The notes under the pieces: generated by a model
What the model saw: only the letters and a program-made list of their open reading frames with translations
What the model was told of the DNA's origin: nothing
The model's database searches: none
Source of the DNA: a virus
Lineage: Duplodnaviria > Caudoviricetes
Strand: one strand, 5' to 3'
Length of the DNA stretch: 33,054 nucleotides
IMG/VR virus record: IMGVR_UViG_3300017912_002025
Coordinates: 1 to 33,054 of that record
Made by a program: the position numbers and the translations under genes
Part shown: piece by piece, positions 6,942-16,100 of the stretch
Numbering within the stretch: position 1 is the stretch's first letter
Layout of the letters: every line of letters begins with the position of its first letter

Positions 6942-8477
6942 ATGAACTTGGACGAAAGGTTCATGGCCGTGTTTGAAGGATTCAAATCGGCACATGGACA
7001 GACAATTATTTCAGAAGAACGGCGGGCCGGTAAACAGAAGGCACAGTCCCGCACAGTTCGAACACCGATTACTCTCGAACTTATTCGGTCCCATCTGAAC
7101 GGTGTGAAGGGTGTAGGTTCGATACCTATCAACGAGGACAACCAGTGCAAGTTTGGTGTCCTCGACATTGACGAATACCCACTGGACCTAGCTGCTATTG
7201 ACCGGCGGCTGCGTGACCTCGAGATCCCAGCCGTGGTCTGTCGCTCGAAGTCTGGTGGGGCACACATATACTTCTTCTTCACGGAGTTCATGAGCGCAGG
7301 GGAGTTCCGTGACAAGGCTTCGGAGATCGCCGCCTATGTTGGGTATGGCCGGTGTGAAATATTTCCGAAGCAGGAGCAGGTTCTGCACGAGCGCGGTGAC
7401 GTTGGTAACTTTATCAACCTGCCGTACTTCGATGCAGAACAAACCCTGCGCCATGCAATCCTCGAGGATGGTTCTGCTGCGTCTCTCGAGGAGTTTCTTG
7501 ATCTCGCCGACAGTCGTGCCGTTACCCCGGAGGCGTTCATCTCGCTTACCTTCGGGGTTGTCGAAGACGAGTTCAAGGAATGGGCGCCCTGCCTGAACTG
7601 TATGTTCGGGCAGGGCATTCCCGAGGGCACCCGCAACACGGTGATGTTTGCCGCTGCGGTTGGGTGCAAGAAGGAGCAGCCCGAGACATGGAAACAACGA
7701 CTCGAAGAGATCAATCAGCGGTTTGCCAACCCGCCGCTACCGGCGTCCGAGATCGTCACGATCCAGAATCAACACGAAAAAAAGGACTACGGATTCCCGT
7801 GCGATCAGGAGCCACTGAGGAGCTTCTGCAACAAGACGCTGTGTAAGACCAAGAAATTTGGTATCGGCGTCACGAGCATGTCTCTAGACGTTACAGGGCT
7901 ATGTGTTGTGAAGTCCGAGCCACCAGTCTGGTTCTGCGACGTGGGTGGTCGGCGTGTTGAGTTGACAACCGACGATCTGCAAACACCGCAGCGTTTCCAG
8001 AAGGCATGCATGGAACAGATTCATGTCATGCCTCCTATGATGAAGATGCAAGACTGGCAGACCATCGTCACCATGCTCATGGACGACATGAACCACATCG
8101 ATGTGCCGCACGAACTCACATACAAGGGTCAGTTTAACGAGCTTGTCGAGGCGTATTGTGATGGCCGGGTGCAGGCACAGTCGGCGGAGGAAATCGCTCT
8201 TGGCAAGCCGTACACCGACGAGGACGAGGGGCTGACGTACTTCAAGCTCGAAGCGTTGATGAAGTTCCTGCGTAACCAGAAGTTCGACAGCTATAGCCGG
8301 GGCCAGATACAGGAGCGCCTGAAAGAGTTGAACAACGGCGGGCAGGCGAACGGGCACAAACGGTTTAAGACCACGACGGGGGAGCAGAAGCAGCTTCGTG
8401 TGTGGTGGGTTCCAGCCACCCATCAAGAAGTAGATGTGCCGGGGATCGATGTAGTTGGAGAGGAGATTCCGTTCTGA
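6942..8477 (+). CDS. Archaeo-eukaryotic primase superfamily primase/primase-polymerase with PriCT-like domain
   Basis: LDIDEY (DxD), RSKSGGAHIY (SGxGxH-like), FINLP, EGTRNTVMF; AGGGGA SD before ATG 6942. Confidence 0.85.
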   Translation: MNLDERFMAVFEGFKSAHGQTIISEERRAGKQKAQSRTVRTPITLELIRSHLNGVKGVGSIPINEDNQCKFGVLDIDEYPLDLAAIDRRLRDLEIPAVVCRSKSGGAHIYFFFTEFMSAGEFRDKASEIAAYVGYGRCEIFPKQEQVLHERGDVGNFINLPYFDAEQTLRHAILEDGSAASLEEFLDLADSRAVTPEAFISLTFGVVEDEFKEWAPCLNCMFGQGIPEGTRNTVMFAAAVGCKKEQPETWKQRLEEINQRFANPPLPASEIVTIQNQHEKKDYGFPCDQEPLRSFCNKTLCKTKKFGIGVTSMSLDVTGLCVVKSEPPVWFCDVGGRRVELTTDDLQTPQRFQKACMEQIHVMPPMMKMQDWQTIVTMLMDDMNHIDVPHELTYKGQFNELVEAYCDGRVQAQSAEEIALGKPYTDEDEGLTYFKLEALMKFLRNQKFDSYSRGQIQERLKELNNGGQANGHKRFKTTTGEQKQLRVWWVPATHQEVDVPGIDVVGEEIPF

Positions 8478-9997
8478 TGCAGACCACAATCTTTGGACCC
8501 CCAGGCACGGGCAAGACCACGCGACTGATCAACATCGTTCAGCAGGAACTGGACCGTGGAACGCCGCCCGACAAAATTGCTTTCGTGTCCTTCAGCAAGA
8601 AGGCTGCACAGGAAGCGCGGGATCGTGCTGCGGAGAAGCTGGGCATCAACGAGCAGCAGATGATTTGGTTCCGTACGCTGCACTCCTTCGCGTTCCAGAA
8701 CCTTGGTCTTAGCGGCCAGAAAGTAATGAAAGGGGCAGACTACAACAAGGTCGGTGAGTTGCTGGGCCTGCCCATGCTCTCGTCTGCTTCTGTCCGCATG
8801 GACGACGGCATCCTGTTCTCGGCTGGTCAGTCCAAGGGCGATCAGTATCACGGCATCCTCCAGCTTGCTCGAGTGACAGGCAAGTCGATGGAAGAGATGT
8901 TCAACGAAAAGAACACGGACTACCGTCTGCACTTCCAGCAACTGAAGGTCATGGATCAGGTGATTCGTGACTACAAGAAGATGACCGACAAGGTGGACTT
9001 CGTAGACATGATCGAGCAGTTCGTGATGCAGGGTAACTGTCCGCTGCTTGACGTGCTGATTGTGGATGAAGCTCAAGACTTGGTGCCTCTCCAGTGGCGT
9101 ATGGTACACGAAGTGATGAAGCCGTGCGCCAAGCGCATATACTTTGCCGGCGACGATGACCAGTGCATCTACTCGTGGATGGGCGTGGACGTTCAAGACT
9201 TCCTAAACGCATCGGACGACCACGTAGTTTTAGGAACGTCATATCGTCTTCCGTCAGAAGTGCATTCGCTAGCTAATGATGTCGTAAAGCAGTTGGCATT
9301 CCGGCAAGAAAAAGTTTGGCATCCGGCTCGAGAAGGTGGTGCCGTGGTATGGCATCATGATATCCTCGATGTGGACTTGCGAACTGGCGAATGGTTGATT
9401 CTTGCCCGCACTAACAACATTGCGAACAAGGTCGCGAACACCCTCAAGGAACAGGGATACCTGTTCTGGCGCGAGGGGCCAGGCTGGTCCATCTCCCCAA
9501 ATGTTCTGAACGGCATCGAGGTGTGGTTGCGGCTATGCAAAAATCAGTTTGTTTCTCCCACGGAGTTGAAGACTTTTTCGAAGATCATCCAGTCATCGGT
9601 CATCACCAAGTCAGGCAGACGCAAACTTACAAACCTAGACCCCGAAGCCACTTACAACCTCACCGATTTACAGAACCTGTGCGAGTTGAACGCGACTGCC
9701 GAGACACCGTGGTACGATGTGATCCGGGTGTCCGAACAGGAGACGATCTACATTACTTCTGTGCGGCGGATGGGCGAGTCTATCTTGTCGGGCAAGCCGA
9801 GGATTCGGATCTCGACGATCCACAAGGCGAAAGGTGGGGAGGCAGACAACGTCCTCCTCCTGCTTGAATCCAGCCCTGTCATAACAAGAGCCGAGGACAC
9901 CGAAGGTGAGATTCGCACCTTCTATGTGGGCATGACTCGTGCCCGCAAAGAGTTACACCTTGTCGAGTCACACTCCAACCACAGGTTCGAAATATGA
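8477..9997 (+). CDS. UvrD/Rep-like SF1 DNA helicase
   Basis: GPPGTGKT, VDEAQD, AGDDDQ, STIHKAKGGEAD, YVGMTRA; TGATG coupling at 8475-8479. Confidence 0.93.
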   Translation: MQTTIFGPPGTGKTTRLINIVQQELDRGTPPDKIAFVSFSKKAAQEARDRAAEKLGINEQQMIWFRTLHSFAFQNLGLSGQKVMKGADYNKVGELLGLPMLSSASVRMDDGILFSAGQSKGDQYHGILQLARVTGKSMEEMFNEKNTDYRLHFQQLKVMDQVIRDYKKMTDKVDFVDMIEQFVMQGNCPLLDVLIVDEAQDLVPLQWRMVHEVMKPCAKRIYFAGDDDQCIYSWMGVDVQDFLNASDDHVVLGTSYRLPSEVHSLANDVVKQLAFRQEKVWHPAREGGAVVWHHDILDVDLRTGEWLILARTNNIANKVANTLKEQGYLFWREGPGWSISPNVLNGIEVWLRLCKNQFVSPTELKTFSKIIQSSVITKSGRRKLTNLDPEATYNLTDLQNLCELNATAETPWYDVIRVSEQETIYITSVRRMGESILSGKPRIRISTIHKAKGGEADNVLLLLESSPVITRAEDTEGEIRTFYVGMTRARKELHLVESHSNHRFEI

Positions 9998-10278
9998 AAA
10001 ACCGAGAATACTTTTTGAAGCAGGCGGAAGAATTGATCAATGGACCGAGGGCCGAAGACTATGGACCGGCAGTCCTGAATCATGAACGGATTGCTACGAT
10101 CTGGAATGTGCTGCTTCGCAGGAAGCTGTTGGACAAGATTACGCCGACCGAAGTGACGGCGATGATGATTGGCCTGAAGCTAGCGCGTCTTGCCCAGGAC
10201 ATGCACAAGGATGATTCGTGGACCGATATCATTGGCTACGCCGCATTGGGTGGGGAGATTTCGAACGATGAAAGCTGA
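9994..10278 (+). CDS. DUF6378-like protein
   Basis: INGPRAEDYG...RIATIW...LKLARL...DSWTDIIGYAAL pattern. Confidence 0.8.
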   Translation: MKNREYFLKQAEELINGPRAEDYGPAVLNHERIATIWNVLLRRKLLDKITPTEVTAMMIGLKLARLAQDMHKDDSWTDIIGYAALGGEISNDES

Positions 10279-12142
10279 TCTGTTTGACCTTGAAGAAGAG
10301 TGGTATCCGCCGTCATCCCTGCCGGACCTGACAAACTGTGAACGAATCGCGATCGACCTTGAAACCTGTGATCCGAATCTAACAACCTTGGGTCCGGGTT
10401 GGTGTCGCAATGATGGCTATGTGATTGGCTTCGCTGTCGCTGCCGGAGACTTCGTTGGTTACTTCCCTATCCGCCATCAAGGCGGCGGCAACATGCCAGA
10501 GAAAACTGTAATTAACTGGCTGAAGAAACAGTTAGCCACGCCTAACATTGATAAGATTATGCACAACGCCATGTATGATCTGGGCTGGCTACGCTGGGCC
10601 GGCATCGAGGTGCAGGGTCGCGTGATCGATACGATGGTTGCGGCTCCGTTGCTGAACGAGAACCGCCGCTGGTACAACCTGAACAGTCTGGCCGGTGAGT
10701 ATCTCGGTGAGTGGAAGAACGAGAAGATGCTGAAGGCGGCGGCGTCTATGTACGGCGTCGATCCCAAGGGGGAGATGTGGAAGCTACACGCCTCGTTCGT
10801 GGGCAAGTACGCGGAGCAGGACGCTGCTGTCACACTGCGTCTGTGGGACCGGCTGCGGGCAGACATCGACAAGGATGAAGTCAACAGCATCTTCGATCTC
10901 GAGACATCGCTGATCCCGCTGCTGCTTGACATGAAGTCAAAAGGTGTGCGCGTTGATGTAGACAAGGCACACGATGTGCAGAAGGAACTGAAGAATCGCG
11001 AGGACGTTTTACTTAAAGAAGTAAAGGAAGAGACCGGCGTCCTTGTGGAGCCGTGGGCCGCCGCATCCATAGCAAAGGCGTTCGACGCCCTCGGGTTGCA
11101 CTACAACAGGACAGAGAAATCGAATGCGCCAGCCTTTACAAAAGCATTTCTTGCGAATCACCCACACCCGGTGGCGCAGAAGATTGTACGCCTTCGCGAG
11201 TTTAATAAAGCCAACACGACTTTTATCGAAACTATACTCGAGCATTCTCATAATGGCCGTATCCATTGTGATTTTCACCCTCTTCGTTCAGATGAAGGGG
11301 GCACAGTTACCGGACGATTTTCTTCGTCCAACCCGAACCTCCAACAGATCCCGGCCCGCGACCCCGAAATAAAAAAGATGATTCGTGGTTTGTTCATCCC
11401 GGAGGATGGAGAGAAGTGGGGTAGCTTCGACTATGCTTCACAAGAACCACGATGGCTGGCCCACTACTGTGCCACACTGACCGGTGCCCGACGGGATCCA
11501 CAGATCGATGACGTAGTCCGAATGTACCACGAAGGCAACGCCGACTTCCACCAAATGGTGGCGGACATGGCAGGTGTGTCACGTAAGGAAGCCAAGACTG
11601 TGAACCTTGGCATCATGTATGGCATGGGCCGGAAGAAGTTGGCCGGCACTCTCGACATCACCGAGGACGACGCCAAGGGGCTGTTGCACAGGTATCACGA
11701 CAAGGTGCCGTTTGTGAAAGGTATGGCCGATCTGGCGATGAACCAAGCGATGGACAAGGGCGTGATCCGCACATGGCTTGGCCGCAAGTGCCGGTTCGAT
11801 ACGTGGGAGCCAAAAGCATTTGGCTACAACCGTGCGCTGCCACTTGAAGAAGCCGTCAAAGAATATGGCGGCAAGGGTATGATCCGCCGCGCGTTTACCT
11901 ACAAAGCACTGAACCGACTGATCCAAGGGTCAAGTGCGGACCAGACCAAGAAGGCAATGGTGACGTGTTATGAAGAAGGGCTGGTGCCGATGCTCACAGT
12001 TCACGACGAATTGTGTTTTAGTGTGAACTCTCGTGAACAATCCGACAAAATTGTCGATATCATGAAGAATTGTGTACCAGACTTGAAGGTGCCGTTCGAT
12101 GTGGACGCCGAGCTTGGCGAAAACTGGGGCGAGGTTGGGTAA
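10268..12142 (+). CDS. polA: Family A DNA polymerase with 3'-5' exonuclease
   Basis: Exo motifs IDLET, HNAMYD, YAEQD; pol motifs DYASQEPR, KTVNLGIMYG, VHDEL; ATG 10268. Confidence 0.96.
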   Translation: MKADLFDLEEEWYPPSSLPDLTNCERIAIDLETCDPNLTTLGPGWCRNDGYVIGFAVAAGDFVGYFPIRHQGGGNMPEKTVINWLKKQLATPNIDKIMHNAMYDLGWLRWAGIEVQGRVIDTMVAAPLLNENRRWYNLNSLAGEYLGEWKNEKMLKAAASMYGVDPKGEMWKLHASFVGKYAEQDAAVTLRLWDRLRADIDKDEVNSIFDLETSLIPLLLDMKSKGVRVDVDKAHDVQKELKNREDVLLKEVKEETGVLVEPWAAASIAKAFDALGLHYNRTEKSNAPAFTKAFLANHPHPVAQKIVRLREFNKANTTFIETILEHSHNGRIHCDFHPLRSDEGGTVTGRFSSSNPNLQQIPARDPEIKKMIRGLFIPEDGEKWGSFDYASQEPRWLAHYCATLTGARRDPQIDDVVRMYHEGNADFHQMVADMAGVSRKEAKTVNLGIMYGMGRKKLAGTLDITEDDAKGLLHRYHDKVPFVKGMADLAMNQAMDKGVIRTWLGRKCRFDTWEPKAFGYNRALPLEEAVKEYGGKGMIRRAFTYKALNRLIQGSSADQTKKAMVTCYEEGLVPMLTVHDELCFSVNSREQSDKIVDIMKNCVPDLKVPFDVDAELGENWGEVG

Positions 12143-12190
12143 AATTCGCCAAAATTTCCCAAGTAAAAGTCATTGAAAAGGAGAAGAAAA

Positions 12191-12487
12191 ATGAAAATCA
12201 ATGTTGTAGACAACCAGCTACACTGCCCACACTGTAGTCATGAACACCTTCACCACGTTCAGACGTTCATGTATTGTCGAAGCGAAGACAAGGAAGGAGT
12301 TTTCGTTACAGCAGACCCTATCTCGGGTCTGGTGTCGCAATCAAAACTGGAGTTGGACGACGAAGGGAATCCATCTGTGCGGAGACACGCTACTGTTCTC
12401 ATGTTCGAGTGCGAAGGATGCCAAGACACCCATGCGCTTATGATCACCCAGCACAAGGGCTTTACGTTTGTTGAGTGGGAAGACTAG
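12191..12487 (+). CDS. Zn-ribbon hypothetical protein
   Basis: AAGGAG SD; CPHC...CEGC. Confidence 0.7.
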   Translation: MKINVVDNQLHCPHCSHEHLHHVQTFMYCRSEDKEGVFVTADPISGLVSQSKLELDDEGNPSVRRHATVLMFECEGCQDTHALMITQHKGFTFVEWED

Positions 12488-12491
12488 AGTG

Positions 12492-12677
12492 ATGCCGAAG
12501 TGTTTTGCCTGCGGCGGCGACGTGATCTGGGGCGGTGACCACGACCTCGAAGGTTACGAGGAGTATTTCATCGTCTCGAATCTACACTGCAAGGACTGCG
12601 GTGTGTTCTACCTTATGTATCACCCAACGCCTGAATCCGATGAGCCAAGCGCATCGCCCGATTCGGAGTCTGTTTAG
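12492..12677 (+). CDS. Small Zn-ribbon protein
   Basis: MPKCFACGGDVIWGGDHD...LHCKDC; overlaps the lysozyme 3' end. Confidence 0.6.
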   Translation: MPKCFACGGDVIWGGDHDLEGYEEYFIVSNLHCKDCGVFYLMYHPTPESDEPSASPDSESV

Positions 12678-13062
12678 CCCATCTGGAGTCCAACATCTGG
12701 CGGCTGGCTTCGGCCCAGTCCCGATTGTCCACCGCTTTTTTCATCTTCATGAACTTTGTTAGACGCGGACGCCCGAGTTGGAAGCACATGTTCGCAATGC
12801 ACAATTGTGCCTCTTCAGGCAAGTCGTTGAAATCGTTGTACAATATTTCGCAATCTCGTACAGTTCGTTCGATGTCTTCGTAGAATAGCTCGTCGACGTG
12901 CTCCTGAGAGACCGTAGTGCCCACTTCGAACCCGTATAGCTCGTCATCTTCGGTAATTAGGTGCCCGATACCCACGGTTTTGTATCCGAGATGGTCCAAA
13001 TAAATTTCGAGCTTGCATCCTTCATCGATGGCAAGCTCGTGTTGAAGCTGTTCTAGGTTCAT
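12613..13062 (-). CDS. T4-like lysozyme (GH24 endolysin)
   Basis: DEGCKLEIYLDHLGYKTVGIGHL (E-D-T triad), NMCFQLG, SRWAKQTPNRA. Confidence 0.92.
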   Translation of the reverse strand: MNLEQLQHELAIDEGCKLEIYLDHLGYKTVGIGHLITEDDELYGFEVGTTVSQEHVDELFYEDIERTVRDCEILYNDFNDLPEEAQLCIANMCFQLGRPRLTKFMKMKKAVDNRDWAEASRQMLDSRWAKQTPNRAMRLAHRIQALGDT

Positions 13063-13071
13063 GAGTTCCCC

Positions 13072-13170
13072 CTACATGCAAAGATCGTCGTACTTGGCAC
13101 TGTGCACCCGGTGTCGACTCATGTCCCCGGTATGCTGTGTACGTAACAAGTCTAGCAGCCAACGAAACAT
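13072..13170 (-). CDS. 32-aa microprotein upstream of the endolysin (not in ORF track)
   Basis: ATG 2 nt after the previous stop, GGAG upstream; MFRWLLDLLRTQHTGDMSRHRVHSAKYDDLCM; stop 9 nt before the lysozyme ATG. Confidence 0.6.
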   Translation of the reverse strand: MFRWLLDLLRTQHTGDMSRHRVHSAKYDDLCM

Positions 13171-13172
13171 TA

Positions 13173-16100
13173 TCAACCTACTCCCCGCAGACGGTCGAAT
13201 AACTCTTGCGTCTTTGGATCCTGGATCGTGGACCGTGCTGCGGTCACCGTTGTGGGTTGTACGGGAGCCGCTTGAGGGAGATTAGTAGCGGCTCCCGTGT
13301 CCACTGGCGCTGGTGGAGGATCCATCGCCGTGGGTTGATTTGATTCTTCTACGTCTTGCTGTGGAGGATTGACACGAAAAGACATCCGCCGCTGATTCTG
13401 GAAAAACTCATCGGCGCCCTCCGCCGTCAGCGGTCGTAGCTTATACTCTCGTTCGATACCCTGCAACTCGAGCAAAAGATCGCGCCGATTAAATTCAGAA
13501 GAACGACCGACGCTCTCGTAGAATTGTTCAATGTCGTTGAGTATACCTCGGTCGATGTTCAGCGGTTCAAACCTGCCTTGCACAATATCTTTGAACCCAG
13601 AGAAACCTTCCTCTTTGGCGGCACTGCGGATTTCGGCTTCGCTCATTCCGAGCGCTTTCATGTTTTGGATCAGCCGAAAAGCGCGGTTGTAGATCTTAAA
13701 CTTGCGTTCGTTTTCTTGGCGGTAGTTTTCAATTATCTGTTGTGGATCTTCAATGGTTCTAGAAAACACTCGAAGCTGCTGGTTAAAGTTCTGCTGGGGT
13801 TCCCTTGCATCTTTGTTGTGTTCACGAGTCCGATAGGACAATGCCAGCTTCGGTGTAACTTTAACTTCACCCACACCAGTTAGCTGACGCAAAACTTCTT
13901 CGGAAAGCTGCCGCACGTTTCCGCGTGGGTCCAACCCTTCTTCAGAAAACAGCGCGGCCCCCAACCGACCGGGCACAATAAACTCCACATCGCCCGATGC
14001 AGGGCTTACTTGCATAAGACTGACAACGTCGGACGTAATCGTAGGCTGGAATGCGTCGAATACGTGAGCAAAAGACTTGAAGGCAACTTCTCCCGCTGAA
14101 TCCTGGTTCTTGTAAACCTTGGAGCCGGTGCGCGTTACGCCACCTCGAGTAGTGATGTCTTGAAGGCGCTCAAAGATAATTGATTCTTCGGCAAACGGAG
14201 AGGCGACCTCCGTTAGAAACCCGCTCACAGCATCATACATGACATTGGTAGTGTCGAGATCAAGCTCTTCTCCGCGTTCCACCGCGTTGTGAATCGCTGC
14301 TACCGGGCGGCGCAGGTAGTCGTACGGGTTGATGTAACTGAAGTCTACGTAACCCGTGATCTTGCCATCTTTATCCACCGATGTTGGGATCAACGTGCTG
14401 TTCTTACTCCATGGGGGGGCAATCTCTCGTAACGCATCAATGCTGTCACGGGTAAGATCATTTGCCAAAAGTGCCGCTTCCTGCACCGCTGGGCCAACGA
14501 CCATGGTTGTGGCAGCAAACCCTGTTAACCGACGCTTACCGATGTCCCGCAGTTTACGACCGGCTCGTTGCTGCGCGGCGGCCTGCGCCAGTTGTTCTTG
14601 CACCTCTGGGGCTGCGCGGTCTAACTGCTGAAGCCGGCGCATCTCGGAGCCAGCCTCGTCCATCATGCGCCTGCCCTGTTGAACTTCGTCAAGAGACCGG
14701 TTCAATGTATTGAAAGACGTGCGGATAATTTCTGCGGGGAACGCGATGAAGTTACCAATAGGCAGCCGGCGCAGTCCTTCAATAAACTGCGGCACACGTT
14801 CGTAGTTCGGCACTGTATTTTTCACTATGTCGGCAGCATATGCGTTGAGGCTGTCGGCACCTTGCGACCTAGCAAAGTCTTCCGCCCGAGCAACATCACC
14901 ACCAAACGCGTTGATTAACTTGCTACGTTCAAAGTCAAAGTTATAAATCTTCCAGATGTCGTCGCCACCTTGGTACAAATCACGTGCGCGCTTGTCGAGG
15001 GAAGACAAAAACTGTAGCCCCTTGCCCCGTGCTTTTGACTGCCCGAGAAACACACCAAACTCATCGACCTCGCGATTTGACATACGGGCCAAGCCGTCAT
15101 CTATTGTGCGCTCAAGCTCCCGAAGTTGCGACTGTGTCCCGACCACGCCAAGTTCTTGCAACTCTTGGAAGAAGGCTGCCCGGTCTTCCGGCGAAGACTT
15201 ACGGATATTTTCCAGCACCAAGCTGAGAGACTCGTATACGTTTGCGCCACGCCCGATGTTACCCTGCGCTGCGGCGAACAGCGCGGCAGAAGTGACGTTG
15301 CGAAGTTGTGTCGTCAAGCTGTAAACGGTTTTTACTTTTTGTGTAAAACCTTTGCCCACCAAAAAAGGTGCGATGATTAGGTTAAGTCCTTCGAACTGAC
15401 GTGTTGTACGTGTCAGGTCGTTGAACACCGGCTTGCTTGTGTACAGGCGTAGCTCTGCTGGCGAGGCTATACCGTCTTTATCCACCGACGGGGCAGAACG
15501 CAGAGAACCGAACCCGCCACCTGTTTCTGCGGGATCCATAATTTGATAACGGTTCTTGTCCGCGATGCTTAACCGGTCATAGACAGTGCCGTCTATCACA
15601 TCATCACCGCCGATTCGAGTGCCGTCCTCAAGGATTTGTCCACGATTTTGTCGCATGAATCCGTAAAAATTATCGACAGCGATAGTTTCCGCTAGTTCCC
15701 CGACGGTTCTGGTGAACACTTCGGACGGACTGTCGGTAATCTCCCCCAACAGTTTACGTAACTGCTCCTCTTCCAGCTTACGCGGACGGAACATCATTGT
15801 GCTCATCCGCTGTTGAACCGTGCGGTCGAGGTTTGGAGCTTTGCGAAGAAAACCCTCGCTGTTGCGGTACTTGTTAACAAACGTATCGATCAACTCGTTG
15901 ATCGCTCGATTAGTTACCTGTCCACCAGCTTCGATCGGAGTGCCTAACTCGCCCGCTTCTGCAACAACTTTGTTGTAAAGTTCACGAGCAGTGTTCTCGT
16001 TCTCACGTAAAAATTGGGCAACTTCTCTTCGGTTTTTCTTGTACTCGTTGGACTTAAAATAAGAATCCGGATCGTCGAACACCCGATACTTCCGCCGCAT

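Noticed and set aside
6006-9196. Long antisense ORFs (6006-6863, 7899-8489, 8423-9196)
   Set aside because: Shadows of well-supported + strand genes; no recognisable motifs
10268-12142. HMO-2011-type polymerase, intein or intron in polA
   Set aside because: No CxxCxGxG DnaJ-like insertion; ORF is continuous and compact with all motifs in order
12114-12162. Terminator after polA (TTGGCGAA/TTCGCCAA)
   Set aside because: Long loop and no proper U-tract; weak support
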